The notes: generated by a model not told the origin, from the sequence alone. A DNA stretch of 64,000 nt from Dehalococcoidia bacterium (GCA_003523055.1 DPHC01000008.1:5967-69966); one strand, 5' to 3'. Shown: positions 1 to 9,621, numbered from the stretch's first letter. Numbers and translations: made by a program.

Positions 1-257
1 TATTTATATACCCAGATTATTTTAACCAAAACATTATGCGTTGGGAACTTTATAATGCATGCTGGACCGTGAAGTCCAAATCAGAAATGATTAGCGCATT
101 GACCAATATATATAACAAAGCATCTGCAACTCCTTATGGAACCAATGAAATTAATCATTTCCTCACTCAAGAGATACACGGAGGTACTGAAAATGCTGAT
201 GTGTTGTCAAATTATGTTGAACACATCAGCAATGTAGCTATGGGACAGACCTATTAA
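1..257 (+). CDS. C-terminal fragment of an unknown protein, truncated by the window edge
   Basis: The frame of the 36..257 ORF has no stop back to position 3, so the gene probably starts upstream of the window. No recognisable motif. Confidence 0.4.
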   Translation, partial: FIYPDYFNQNIMRWELYNACWTVKSKSEMISALTNIYNKASATPYGTNEINHFLTQEIHGGTENADVLSNYVEHISNVAMGQTY

Positions 258-1960
258 TGATATATAGGCATCTACTAAACTTAACTTTAATCCATAAAAT
301 CAAGGTGGGCAAATTAGTCATATTGAATTTCCTAATACCTCCGTTAGAGTTGTCTTTATTAGGATTAGTATTTCTCATACTCACCGCTTCTAAAGTGCCC
401 GAAATACCGGAGTTTTTCAATGACTATATCAGCATAGTACCTACCCTCATCCAGTACATCTTAATCCTAGCTATTCTAACTTTTGCATTAGTTTTGTTTT
501 GGGCTTTTCTCAGAATATATAGAACAAGAATTCAAGCTTTCACTAGATATAATATATATAGTGAACAAGCCAATCAAATAAGTGAAACATATTTCAACAT
601 ACCTGGAGATGCTGAATTATCTGAAAAGAATGAGGAAATCGCTAATTTAATCATACATCTGTCTGGCGGAGCATCAGCTCTGTATATGGCATGGATTGGA
701 TTTCTATCGGCAGTTTTCGGAGTGATTGTATTAGCAACCACTGTGTTACTCAGTTCATTCACCTTAGGAATCATTGCATCAATAATCGGACTGTTTTCAG
801 TTTTCATAAATTTTAAAAACTTTTCTCAAATGCAAAGCATCGGACAAACTAAAATAGCTACTCATGAACAAGTTTTGTTCGAAGTTAACCAAAATATTAG
901 AAGTTTCCAATTAATTAAATTCGACAACCTAATATCCCACATCACGAATAAATTAAAACTTGTCATTCAAAAAGATTGGCAATGGAGAGTTGATAAACGC
1001 CGAGCAGTTGAAAAAATTAAAGTATTATCTGATAGCTTTGGAATATTGTCTCTCCTAATTATAATAACCACTTCATCAATTTTTTTAAAAATACCTGCAG
1101 AACAATTAGTTATACTTCTCCTAATATTCAATCGATTAAGAAGCTATTTTTCTGAAGCACAAACTCACTGGGTCAATATCAGAGAACATAAACCAGCCAC
1201 CATTGAATTACTCAGCAGTCTGTCTAGATTTGTGAAATATTCAACTATAGACAATGCTGCAATCAGTAATCTTCATAGAATAGAGTTAAAGAATGTAGGT
1301 TTTTCATATTCGGATACTCCGATAATAAAGAGTGTTTCTGCCTTGATAACCAAAGGAGATAGAATACTACTTAAAGGACCTTCAGGAGAAGGTAAATCCA
1401 CACTTTTAAAATTAATTACAGGCTACTACCAGCCAACCACGGGGCAAATAATATTCAACAATTTACAAAAACAAAAACCTGATATTCAATCTATAGTGGG
1501 AGGAATTTTTTATTCAGCGAATGACATGTATATGCCAAACATACCACTGCGTGAAATAGTAGACCCCTTAAACATTCTAACTCAAAACCAGCTAGAAAAA
1601 ATATTAAAAAATGTATGCTTATACGACTTATTAAATGAACCAAAGATATTAAATGAATCTGTAGGTGATAATGGCAGCTACTTATCACTCGGGCAACGTC
1701 AACGTTTATTCCTTTCCAGAATATATCTAATGGAACCTTCTATGGTCATTTTAGATGAAGCTACTTCCAATCTTGATTCAGACACTGAAAACGAAGTACT
1801 GAAAAATCTAATGGATCATGTCGGTGAAGAAGCCATTATAATTTTTGCATCCCATCATACGCCATCACATTTTACTTTCAATAAAGCATTCACAGTATCT
1901 TCTGGAACAGTAATTCAAGAAAAAATTACCTCAAAAAAGGAATCATTCATTGATATATAA
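257..1960 (+). CDS. Fused ABC exporter (N-terminal multi-TM permease plus C-terminal ATPase)
   Basis: Hydrophobic N-terminal half. Walker A GPSGEGKST, ABC signature LSLGQRQR, Walker B ILDEATSNLD, H-loop ASHH. The ATG overlaps the upstream stop (TAATG). Confidence 0.85.
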   Translation: MIYRHLLNLTLIHKIKVGKLVILNFLIPPLELSLLGLVFLILTASKVPEIPEFFNDYISIVPTLIQYILILAILTFALVLFWAFLRIYRTRIQAFTRYNIYSEQANQISETYFNIPGDAELSEKNEEIANLIIHLSGGASALYMAWIGFLSAVFGVIVLATTVLLSSFTLGIIASIIGLFSVFINFKNFSQMQSIGQTKIATHEQVLFEVNQNIRSFQLIKFDNLISHITNKLKLVIQKDWQWRVDKRRAVEKIKVLSDSFGILSLLIIITTSSIFLKIPAEQLVILLLIFNRLRSYFSEAQTHWVNIREHKPATIELLSSLSRFVKYSTIDNAAISNLHRIELKNVGFSYSDTPIIKSVSALITKGDRILLKGPSGEGKSTLLKLITGYYQPTTGQIIFNNLQKQKPDIQSIVGGIFYSANDMYMPNIPLREIVDPLNILTQNQLEKILKNVCLYDLLNEPKILNESVGDNGSYLSLGQRQRLFLSRIYLMEPSMVILDEATSNLDSDTENEVLKNLMDHVGEEAIIIFASHHTPSHFTFNKAFTVSSGTVIQEKITSKKESFIDI

Positions 1961-2726
1961 ACGAGTTATAAATAAATTACGTAAAATAGCTTCGCCGACT
2001 CCTAATGTACCTACATCACTCAACCATTTACATGGTTTACAATCCGCTGTCGACTACGCAAATTCACAATCAGAATCGTCTGGCACTTCGTACTCAGATT
2101 ATTTGATTCTATATACGCACATTAAAGAGACTAAACCAAAGTACGTATTAGAATGTGGAACAGGAAAATCAACTTTCGTTATTGCACAAGCAATGTTAGA
2201 AAACCAATTAGAAAATCCGAACACACCTGAGTTTGATAAAATGAAATTAATATCAATGGAAGATAAATATGAATGGTACGAAAAATCCGTTAATATACTC
2301 CCAGAAAAGTTTCAAGAATTCGTTGAAATCCATCACTCAGAACTAACGTCTTATAGTTATTCATTATTAAACGGGATAATTTACAAAGATATACCCGACC
2401 TGCCTTACGATTTTGTCTTTATAGATGGACCTGACCAAAGTGGTGGGACAAATGTAACAGCATGTGACATAGATTTCATAAAAATTGTTAAAAACTCTAA
2501 TAATCCAGTAAGTGCTCTAATTGATAATCGGAAGCATACTATTTTGGCCTGCACTTTAGCATTTGGGCAAGACAAAGTCTCTTTTTATCCGGAGCTGGCT
2601 CTAGGCTATGTGAAGCCAGTTACTCAATCTGACTTGATAATAGCCGATAAAATGGCAATTCGAGCAACTTGGTTTAAAAACGGGCTTATTTCTTTAGAGA
2701 AAGGGAAACACATAAATTATTTATGA
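1950..2726 (+). CDS. Putative class I SAM-dependent methyltransferase
   Basis: VLECGTGKSTF glycine-rich SAM-binding-like motif and FVFIDGPDQ acidic strand. TTG start overlaps the ABC gene end, and the start is uncertain. Confidence 0.5.
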   Translation: MIYKRVINKLRKIASPTPNVPTSLNHLHGLQSAVDYANSQSESSGTSYSDYLILYTHIKETKPKYVLECGTGKSTFVIAQAMLENQLENPNTPEFDKMKLISMEDKYEWYEKSVNILPEKFQEFVEIHHSELTSYSYSLLNGIIYKDIPDLPYDFVFIDGPDQSGGTNVTACDIDFIKIVKNSNNPVSALIDNRKHTILACTLAFGQDKVSFYPELALGYVKPVTQSDLIIADKMAIRATWFKNGLISLEKGKHINYL

Positions 2727-3892
2727 CTTCTTCAGAAAATCCTCAATTTTTATTTTTGGTCGGTGCTCCCAGATCGGCTAACAGTGCGGTACATGCGCTA
2801 TTAGATAGTCATCCAGGCATACTTACATGGCCAGTAGAATGCCACTTTTTTACCGTTTTCAAACAAGTAGCAGGTGAATCCAAAACCGCACCTGTAAAAG
2901 AACTAAATAAAAGATTTATAGAGCATTTTGTTGATAGATTTCGTGAGAGATTAAGCCTCAATACTGTGCAACTCAAAGACAATGTATTTCAAATTTCAAA
3001 CATGTTTTCAGGTTTTGACATTCCGAAATTTATAAAAGAATTGGAATCAAATGCTAGTGACCAAATGACTGCATTAGAATATCTTACTTTTGTATTTTCT
3101 TCCTTTCATCAATGCAGTAATCAATATAAAAATACAAAAGTAAGATATTATTCAATGTTATTGACTTCACGCGGATTCGATTGGACCAATCCTGATGTAC
3201 TTAAACATTCTCGGCTAATATTTCCATACAGACCGTCTATAGAAAGTTATGGTTCATTAAGGGAAAACTATTTAAAGACGATTACTCCTAATGAATTTTT
3301 CCACATCAATGCGAAAAAGGGAATGTTGTATTGGATGAACACATATAAAAAAATATCTGACCATGCAAACAAATATAATAATCATTCAAATTTCCACGTT
3401 CTCAAAGTGTCAGATCTACGGACAAATCAAGAAAAAACAGTAAACAAATTATACGAATTCTTAAATATCAAACAACATAACTCTATGAACACCATGACCA
3501 TTTTAGGATTACCGTATGGAGGCAACGCTAGGGATGCTTCTCTAAATACTGGCCGCATTGCAAAAAAACCCAGCACCCTTCTATATCCTATATCAAGATT
3601 TGAACGACATTGCTTCCAAAAAATCAAATTGCACGATTTCGATAACGATCAAACAATATTCATTCCTCACTCAACATTAAGAATGGTATCATTAGCTATT
3701 TACTCAAGCCTATGGGAAATAAAGGGGAAATTCAAAGAAAATCATTACAATACTCCCTCTCGTTTAAAATTTATACACTGGAGGATTAAACTTTTAATTA
3801 AATTCCTTAAAATACAAAACATTCTACAAAATGAAGATACTCTAAAGTCATTCTCTGATAAACATGGTGATCCCATGGATTCTTTCGGGTAA
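2723..3892 (+). CDS. Sulfotransferase-fold protein (PAPS-type nucleotide-binding motifs, atypical)
   Basis: N-terminal FLVGAPRSANSAVHALLDSHPGI resembles the 5'-phosphosulfate-binding loop GxxRSGTT. A later YRPSIESYGS resembles the 3'-phosphate-binding RxPxxxxS motif. ATGA overlap with the upstream gene. Confidence 0.6.
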   Translation: MTSSENPQFLFLVGAPRSANSAVHALLDSHPGILTWPVECHFFTVFKQVAGESKTAPVKELNKRFIEHFVDRFRERLSLNTVQLKDNVFQISNMFSGFDIPKFIKELESNASDQMTALEYLTFVFSSFHQCSNQYKNTKVRYYSMLLTSRGFDWTNPDVLKHSRLIFPYRPSIESYGSLRENYLKTITPNEFFHINAKKGMLYWMNTYKKISDHANKYNNHSNFHVLKVSDLRTNQEKTVNKLYEFLNIKQHNSMNTMTILGLPYGGNARDASLNTGRIAKKPSTLLYPISRFERHCFQKIKLHDFDNDQTIFIPHSTLRMVSLAIYSSLWEIKGKFKENHYNTPSRLKFIHWRIKLLIKFLKIQNILQNEDTLKSFSDKHGDPMDSFG

Positions 3893-3901
3893 CCCAAATT
3901 G

Positions 3902-6900
3902 ATGGCAGCAAACATTAAAAATAATGTTAGTTTAGTTGTGTTAGATTGCTCCAGAGGAAATCGACGCTTAGATCAAAGACAAAGTCACCCTACAGCTTTA
4001 ACCCATATAAAAGATGAATCGACAATTTTAGATTGGACTAAACATTTTATTAATGTAAATGGTATTCATCATGTCACTTACATTGGTGGATACCAAATTC
4101 AGAAAGTAATGGAAAACTATTCTGACTTCCATTTTATATACCATAAATTTTGGGAAAGCACGGGGGAAATACGTGGATTGGATCTACTGCCAGAAGACGA
4201 TGACAAAGACTTAATCATTTTAAGAGCATCAAGCATTATAGTACCTGAAGCATTAACAGCATTAACAATTGAGACCAACAAAATATGTATTGGTAACAAT
4301 ACCGATTTAGAGACTGGGGACAATTTCAGCGGAGTACTTTACATCCCGCAAACATTGCGCAATGCATTTCAAAAACAAATCACAAAAATATCTTCAAAAG
4401 GTTCTTCATATAATTTAGAGGATTTATTACACACCTTACCTGAAACGCTACCTTGTTACACTAAATCGTTAAACTCACTAGTCGCTCCCATTGACAGCCC
4501 AATTGATCTAAGCAGAACCATTTTCCAAGGCAAAGCACAAACTTTAGAACAGGTAGGTCCTTTATTGAAGTCCTCGTCTGTTCTAAAACAATATAGGTTT
4601 TCTCACAAAACATGGATCGACCATCCCCAAAAAGTGATCTTAAATATTTTAACCGATTTCCCTGGAAAATCAGTGATCATACGAAGTACTTCCCAATCTG
4701 AAGATACGTTGATGAATTCGAATGCTGGTATATTCAAAACTGTTTTGAACATACCATCTGATAACAGTTTGTTACTCAAGAACGCCATAGAAGAAGTATT
4801 CGCCAGTTATGCTATAACTGATTTGATCAAGCCATCCGATGAGATATTTATACAGGAATTCCAAAGCAATTTATCTTCTAGTGGTGTTATTTTTACTAGA
4901 GATTTAGAATCCTCTGCTCCCTATATTCTAATAAATATAGATAGAACAAGCGGGAAATCTGACACAGTTACCGCTGGCACTGCTGGTGAAATAGAAACAA
5001 TTTTTATCAGTAAAAATAAACTTCATACTCAAACAGATTTTCAGGATTTAGAAATCAATGCCTGTGTGGCATTGATTTCAGAGCTAGAATACCTCACTAA
5101 CATGACAGATTTAGATATCGAATTCGGAATAGATATCAACAATACGATGTACTTGTTCCAAGTGCGTCCAATTTCAACCAAGGCAAGAAAATATATATTA
5201 CAAGACTCAGATCTATTTGACCAAATTGCGAATATTCAAGAGTTCATCAATGCCTTACCCATAATAAATCATGAAACTTTGGGCAAACACGCTCTTTTAG
5301 GAGCAATGACTGATTGGAATCCCATTGAAATGCTTGGAGCCACTCCAAGACCGCTTGCGTTATCTCTTTACCAAAAACTAATAGGGCGGCAAGCCTGGTC
5401 CATGGCGCGAGAACAATTAGGGTATCAAAAAGTAGGCAAAAACCAACTAATACATTCATTAGGCGGAATACCATATGTAAACATCCAATTGAGCCTCAAT
5501 TCATTCTTACCAAATGGAATCGACCGCGATACTGGAGAAAAATGGATTAACCATTGTTTAGACAAACTTCAAAAAAACCCGGAACTCCATGACAAAGTAG
5601 AATTTGAGATAACTCCTACCTGTATGGACCTAAATTTCGACAAGTATCTGGAGGAGCTTAATAGCCTTAATTTAACCAAATTACAAATTTCTAATTTCAA
5701 AATCTCAATGCAAAATTTGACTAATAATATACTTACTGAAAAAGTAATAAACTTAAACGAAGAATTATCAGCCCTAAAAGTATTAGAGCACAAATTGGAA
5801 CCTTGGGGTACCTTACATCCCCACACCATACCTGAATTAAGCGCTAAGATTACACATCTAACTACAATATGCGAAGAAATGGGTGTTTTACCTTTTGCCA
5901 AACTCGCAAGATGTGCATTCATATCAATATCAATGCTGAAGTCTTTGGTAGAACTGAAAATTATAACCGATGCAGAACTATCTGAAATCTACAAAAATAT
6001 ACCAACTATTGCTACTGACTTAACAGTTCACATGGGCCTCTACCAATCCGGAAAATTAACATTACAACAATTTCTAAAACAATACGGCCACTTAAGACCA
6101 AGCTCTTATGATATAACTTCTCCCAATTATGCAAATGGGCATGAGCAATATTTTAAAACAGGATCAGTTCCCCAATTAGAACAAAAATCCAATAGTGCTG
6201 AAGAATGCAGTGCGATATTAAGTAGTCATTCAAAAAAAATAGACGAACGTTTATTAGAGTCAGGCCTAACCATAAATACTGATACGCTAATCAAATTCAT
6301 AATAAAAAGTATACAAGGTAGAGAACAAGCTAAGTTTGAATTCATGAAAATTGTGGACAACATTCTCGAGTCTACAACTAAATTGGGACATCTCTTAGAT
6401 CTAGACAGGGACCAAATGTCGTTTTTAAACATCGAAGAATTAGAAAGACTTTCTTCAGAAAGCGCGAGTCCTGCAATAAAATCAGAATTATTAAGAATAA
6501 CAGAACATAATGAAAAAAAATGGAACCTTACTTGCCATACTAAATTGCCTCATTTAATAACTCCTAAAACGGATATTGGGTATTTTGAATACTCAAAGAC
6601 AGCTCCAAATTTTATATCCAATTCACGTATCATATCTAATTCTCTTTATTTAGAAAATAATCAAGTTGAATCTCAGCTGTCCGGAAAAATAATTCTAATC
6701 TCATCTGCTGACCCCGGATATGACTGGATATTCGGTCATGGTATAACAGGTTTAATCACAGAATATGGTGGTGCAGCATCTCACATGTCAATTAGGGCCG
6801 CAGAATTTGGAATACCAGCAGCAATCGGATGCGGTAAATTGTTATTTGACAAATTAAAAAACCAATCAGTTATTGAATTAGATTGCCTAAATAAAGTACT

Positions 6901-6919
6901 CCGAGGAATTTCATGTTAA
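3902..6919 (+). CDS. PEP-utilising-enzyme family protein (ATP-grasp plus swivelling phosphohistidine domain). L-glutamine kinase (Cj1418)-like, with an extra N-terminal domain
   Basis: C-terminal mobile-domain motif LITEYGGAASHMSIRAAEFGIPAAIGCG (catalytic His). Central PPDK_N/ATP-grasp-like region. No PEP/pyruvate TIM-barrel is apparent. About 200 aa of N-terminal nucleotidyltransferase-like extension. A TTG at 3899 is an alternative start. Confidence 0.7.
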   Translation: MAANIKNNVSLVVLDCSRGNRRLDQRQSHPTALTHIKDESTILDWTKHFINVNGIHHVTYIGGYQIQKVMENYSDFHFIYHKFWESTGEIRGLDLLPEDDDKDLIILRASSIIVPEALTALTIETNKICIGNNTDLETGDNFSGVLYIPQTLRNAFQKQITKISSKGSSYNLEDLLHTLPETLPCYTKSLNSLVAPIDSPIDLSRTIFQGKAQTLEQVGPLLKSSSVLKQYRFSHKTWIDHPQKVILNILTDFPGKSVIIRSTSQSEDTLMNSNAGIFKTVLNIPSDNSLLLKNAIEEVFASYAITDLIKPSDEIFIQEFQSNLSSSGVIFTRDLESSAPYILINIDRTSGKSDTVTAGTAGEIETIFISKNKLHTQTDFQDLEINACVALISELEYLTNMTDLDIEFGIDINNTMYLFQVRPISTKARKYILQDSDLFDQIANIQEFINALPIINHETLGKHALLGAMTDWNPIEMLGATPRPLALSLYQKLIGRQAWSMAREQLGYQKVGKNQLIHSLGGIPYVNIQLSLNSFLPNGIDRDTGEKWINHCLDKLQKNPELHDKVEFEITPTCMDLNFDKYLEELNSLNLTKLQISNFKISMQNLTNNILTEKVINLNEELSALKVLEHKLEPWGTLHPHTIPELSAKITHLTTICEEMGVLPFAKLARCAFISISMLKSLVELKIITDAELSEIYKNIPTIATDLTVHMGLYQSGKLTLQQFLKQYGHLRPSSYDITSPNYANGHEQYFKTGSVPQLEQKSNSAEECSAILSSHSKKIDERLLESGLTINTDTLIKFIIKSIQGREQAKFEFMKIVDNILESTTKLGHLLDLDRDQMSFLNIEELERLSSESASPAIKSELLRITEHNEKKWNLTCHTKLPHLITPKTDIGYFEYSKTAPNFISNSRIISNSLYLENNQVESQLSGKIILISSADPGYDWIFGHGITGLITEYGGAASHMSIRAAEFGIPAAIGCGKLLFDKLKNQSVIELDCLNKVLRGISC

Positions 6920-7578
6920 TAGCCGTTTCGATGCGCGTAACTGAAAATAATACGTACGTTGAACAACGTGATAGCCTTAGCCACGACTGGGCTCAACTAT
7001 TTAATGCGATATCAGTGACACCAATACTAATACCTAATTTAATTGAGGATCCTACAAAATATTTAAAAGATCTTCCAATATCTGGATTAATACTAACCGG
7101 AGGAGAATCCGTAATAGAGAATGACACTTCAACCCCAATCACTGCGTATAAAAAACGAGATGACACAGAACTTAACCTTTTAAGTTATGCAAGTGAAAAT
7201 AAAATACCGGTTTTGGGTACTTGCAGAGGCCTTCAATTAATAAACAGATTTTTTAATGGTAAAAATAGTTCAAGAATAAACCAAACCCATAGTCACAAAG
7301 TAGCATGCAATCATGATATAACAATTCTGACTAATTCAATTATTCCTGATATGTCTAAGCAAATAATTTCTGTAAACTCTTACCACGAAGACGGTGTTTT
7401 AATAGAAGAAATAAGTTCAGAGCTTAGAGCGTTTGCAACTTGGAATAACGAAACAGTGGAAGGAATATATCATCCCGAATTACCCATTTTGGCCATACAA
7501 TGGCATCCTGAAAGAAATCCTGAAATAACTTCATTAGACGAGAAAATAATCAATCACTGGGTCGAATTATGCAACTGA
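6913..7578 (+). CDS. Class I glutamine-amidotransferase-like / peptidase C26 hydrolase (Cj1417-like gamma-glutamyl-CDP-amidate hydrolase candidate)
   Basis: Nucleophile elbow PVLGTCRGLQLIN and a His in IQWHPER. Size about 220 aa. Position between the kinase-like and nucleotidyltransferase genes. Confidence 0.7.
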   Translation: MLIAVSMRVTENNTYVEQRDSLSHDWAQLFNAISVTPILIPNLIEDPTKYLKDLPISGLILTGGESVIENDTSTPITAYKKRDDTELNLLSYASENKIPVLGTCRGLQLINRFFNGKNSSRINQTHSHKVACNHDITILTNSIIPDMSKQIISVNSYHEDGVLIEEISSELRAFATWNNETVEGIYHPELPILAIQWHPERNPEITSLDEKIINHWVELCN

Positions 7579-8309
7579 TAATATTAGCTGCAGGCATGGG
7601 GTCCAGACTTAAACCCATAACAGATAATGTCCCTAAGGGATTAGTACAAGTTAACGGCAAATCAATACTAGAGTGGCAGGTTGATATAGCCCGACAGTTG
7701 GATATAACCGACATATGCATCGTAACTGGATATAAATCTGAATGCATTGACATACCTGAAACAACTACGATTCATAACCCTCAGTACAATACCACAAACA
7801 TGACACATTCTTTATTTTGTGCTCAAGAGTATTTTAAAGATGAATTCGTATTATCATATGGAGACATTATTTATTCTAAAAAAATTATGGAGAAATTATT
7901 AGATTCAAATGCACCAATATCCATAGTTGTTGATGACAATTGGAGATCATATTGGGAGGACAGATTCGATAATCCACTAGATGACGCAGAAAGTTTAACA
8001 ATAGCTAACAACCATATAACATCTATAGGGCAAAAACCAACTAGTTTAAACGATATAGAATCACAATATATAGGATTAATGTCTTTTAAGAACACAGGAG
8101 TGGCCTCATTAGTAGACTCTCATTCCGAGGTTCGCAGACATAATCCTTCTATTGCTCAACACATGTACATGACCGACTTACTACAATATATGATAAACAA
8201 AGAAATAAATCTCACTCCAGTCCATATTTCTAGTGGTTGGATTGAAATTGATTCATTAAAAGACCTTGAATTAGCTAAAATCTTGTTACCTAAAATAATT
8301 TTGTCATGA
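7569..8309 (+). CDS. Sugar/phospho-ligand nucleotidyltransferase (Cj1416-like CTP:phosphoglutamine cytidylyltransferase candidate)
   Basis: N-terminal LIILAAGMGSRLKPITDNVPKGLVQVNGKSIL is the canonical NTP-transferase signature. About 246 aa. Confidence 0.7.
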   Translation: MQLIILAAGMGSRLKPITDNVPKGLVQVNGKSILEWQVDIARQLDITDICIVTGYKSECIDIPETTTIHNPQYNTTNMTHSLFCAQEYFKDEFVLSYGDIIYSKKIMEKLLDSNAPISIVVDDNWRSYWEDRFDNPLDDAESLTIANNHITSIGQKPTSLNDIESQYIGLMSFKNTGVASLVDSHSEVRRHNPSIAQHMYMTDLLQYMINKEINLTPVHISSGWIEIDSLKDLELAKILLPKIILS

Positions 8310-9109
8310 AAAAAGTTTACAGATCTGAATCCAATATTGATTATTGGAATAGAAGATGGAGTGAATCAGGAACAGATGCTAAGGCATTCTTAGATCCTAA
8401 CATATACCCTGTAAAATACTCTAATTTAATAGTACAGGATAAAACCGAATGTTGTTTAGAAATTGGATCTGGGGTCGGAAGAATATTAAAGCATTACTTC
8501 TATCAAGGATTTAACATAACAGGAATTGAGAGAAGCAACATCGGTGTAGATACTATGCTAGCATCCGATAAAAATTTACCAGTTCAAATAGGTGATGCTG
8601 TAAATTTGCCATACGCAGATTCTACATTCGATAATGTGCTAGCATTTGGAGTCTTTCATAACATTGAAGATGAAGTGGCTCTAAAAAATAGTATTTCTCA
8701 ATGCAGTAGGGTATTAAAGCCGTCCGGAAGGTTTTGTATTTCCATCAGACCTGACAACTTAGAAATGAACTTAAATGAATGGTATTGGAAAATTTCTGGC
8801 TATAAAAAACAAAATCATGGAAATGACTCTACTACTTTTCATAGATGGTTGTTCAAAAAAAATGAATTTCAGCGAATCCTATCTAACAACAATTTACACA
8901 CAGTTAAAGTGCATGCAGCTCGCAATGTATCCATACTCTACCGGATAAAATGGCTTAGAACACAAAATAAAGACGAAACCTATCTGCGTTCTAATGGATA
9001 TAAGTTGAATTTCTTAGGAGCATCAATCGATAGATTGATAACCTTCATAATGCCTAACCAATTTTGCAATGTGTTTGTTTTCATAGGAGAGAAGCGACCC
9101 CAATGGTGA
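8306..9109 (+). CDS. Class I SAM-dependent methyltransferase
   Basis: CLEIGSGVGRIL motif I, acidic IERS, and DNVLAFGVFHNIED, a Methyltransf_11-like core. ATGA overlap upstream. Confidence 0.75.
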   Translation: MKKVYRSESNIDYWNRRWSESGTDAKAFLDPNIYPVKYSNLIVQDKTECCLEIGSGVGRILKHYFYQGFNITGIERSNIGVDTMLASDKNLPVQIGDAVNLPYADSTFDNVLAFGVFHNIEDEVALKNSISQCSRVLKPSGRFCISIRPDNLEMNLNEWYWKISGYKKQNHGNDSTTFHRWLFKKNEFQRILSNNNLHTVKVHAARNVSILYRIKWLRTQNKDETYLRSNGYKLNFLGASIDRLITFIMPNQFCNVFVFIGEKRPQW

Positions 9110-9621
9110 TCTGGATTATTGGGATGCCCGGAGCTGGCAAAACAGCAGTTGGTGCACTACTGTACAAACAAATATCATCTGACTACAAAAATACAGTTTT
9201 TATAGATGGTGATGATATACGCAATATCATGCTAAATGACTTAGGGCATACTATAGAAGACCGTAAAATAAATGCTACCAGAATTCGTAATCTCTGTAAG
9301 CATTTAGACAAGCAAAATATAAATATCGTGTGCTCTATAATGTCTATATTCCAAGAAGATCGGGATTGGAATCGCGAAAATTATGAATCATATTACGAAG
9401 TATTCTTAAACACTCCTTTGGAAATTTTAATTACCCGAGACCAAAAAGGTCTGTACTCGAAAGCTTATGACAATCAAATTAAAGATGTTGTCGGAATAGA
9501 TATACCTTTTAATCCACCTACTAATCCTGACTTGATTATAAACAATGACCCTAAAATTATAAATTTACAACAAATAACTGAAACGATTTATGACGCTATA
9601 CAAAAACAATTATCAAAATGA
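9103..9621 (+). CDS. Adenylylsulfate (APS) kinase-family kinase (Cj1415-like cytidine diphosphoramidate 3'-kinase candidate)
   Basis: P-loop IIGMPGAGKTAVG, then FIDGDDIRN, DRKINATRIRNL and RDQKGLYSKA, which follow the CysC pattern. The ATG at 9103 overlaps the upstream stop (ATGGTGA). The ORF track starts earlier, at 9064. Confidence 0.75.
   Translation: MVIWIIGMPGAGKTAVGALLYKQISSDYKNTVFIDGDDIRNIMLNDLGHTIEDRKINATRIRNLCKHLDKQNINIVCSIMSIFQEDRDWNRENYESYYEVFLNTPLEILITRDQKGLYSKAYDNQIKDVVGIDIPFNPPTNPDLIINNDPKIINLQQITETIYDAIQKQLSK

Noticed and set aside
2723-9621. Plain sulfation pathway (APS kinase plus sulfotransferase) as the explanation for these genes.
   Set aside because: Not excluded, but less parsimonious. 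No sulfate adenylyltransferase is present. The CysC-like gene sits in a block with a PEP-utilising kinase, a GATase-like hydrolase and a cytidylyltransferase, in the same order as the Campylobacter phosphoramidate genes.
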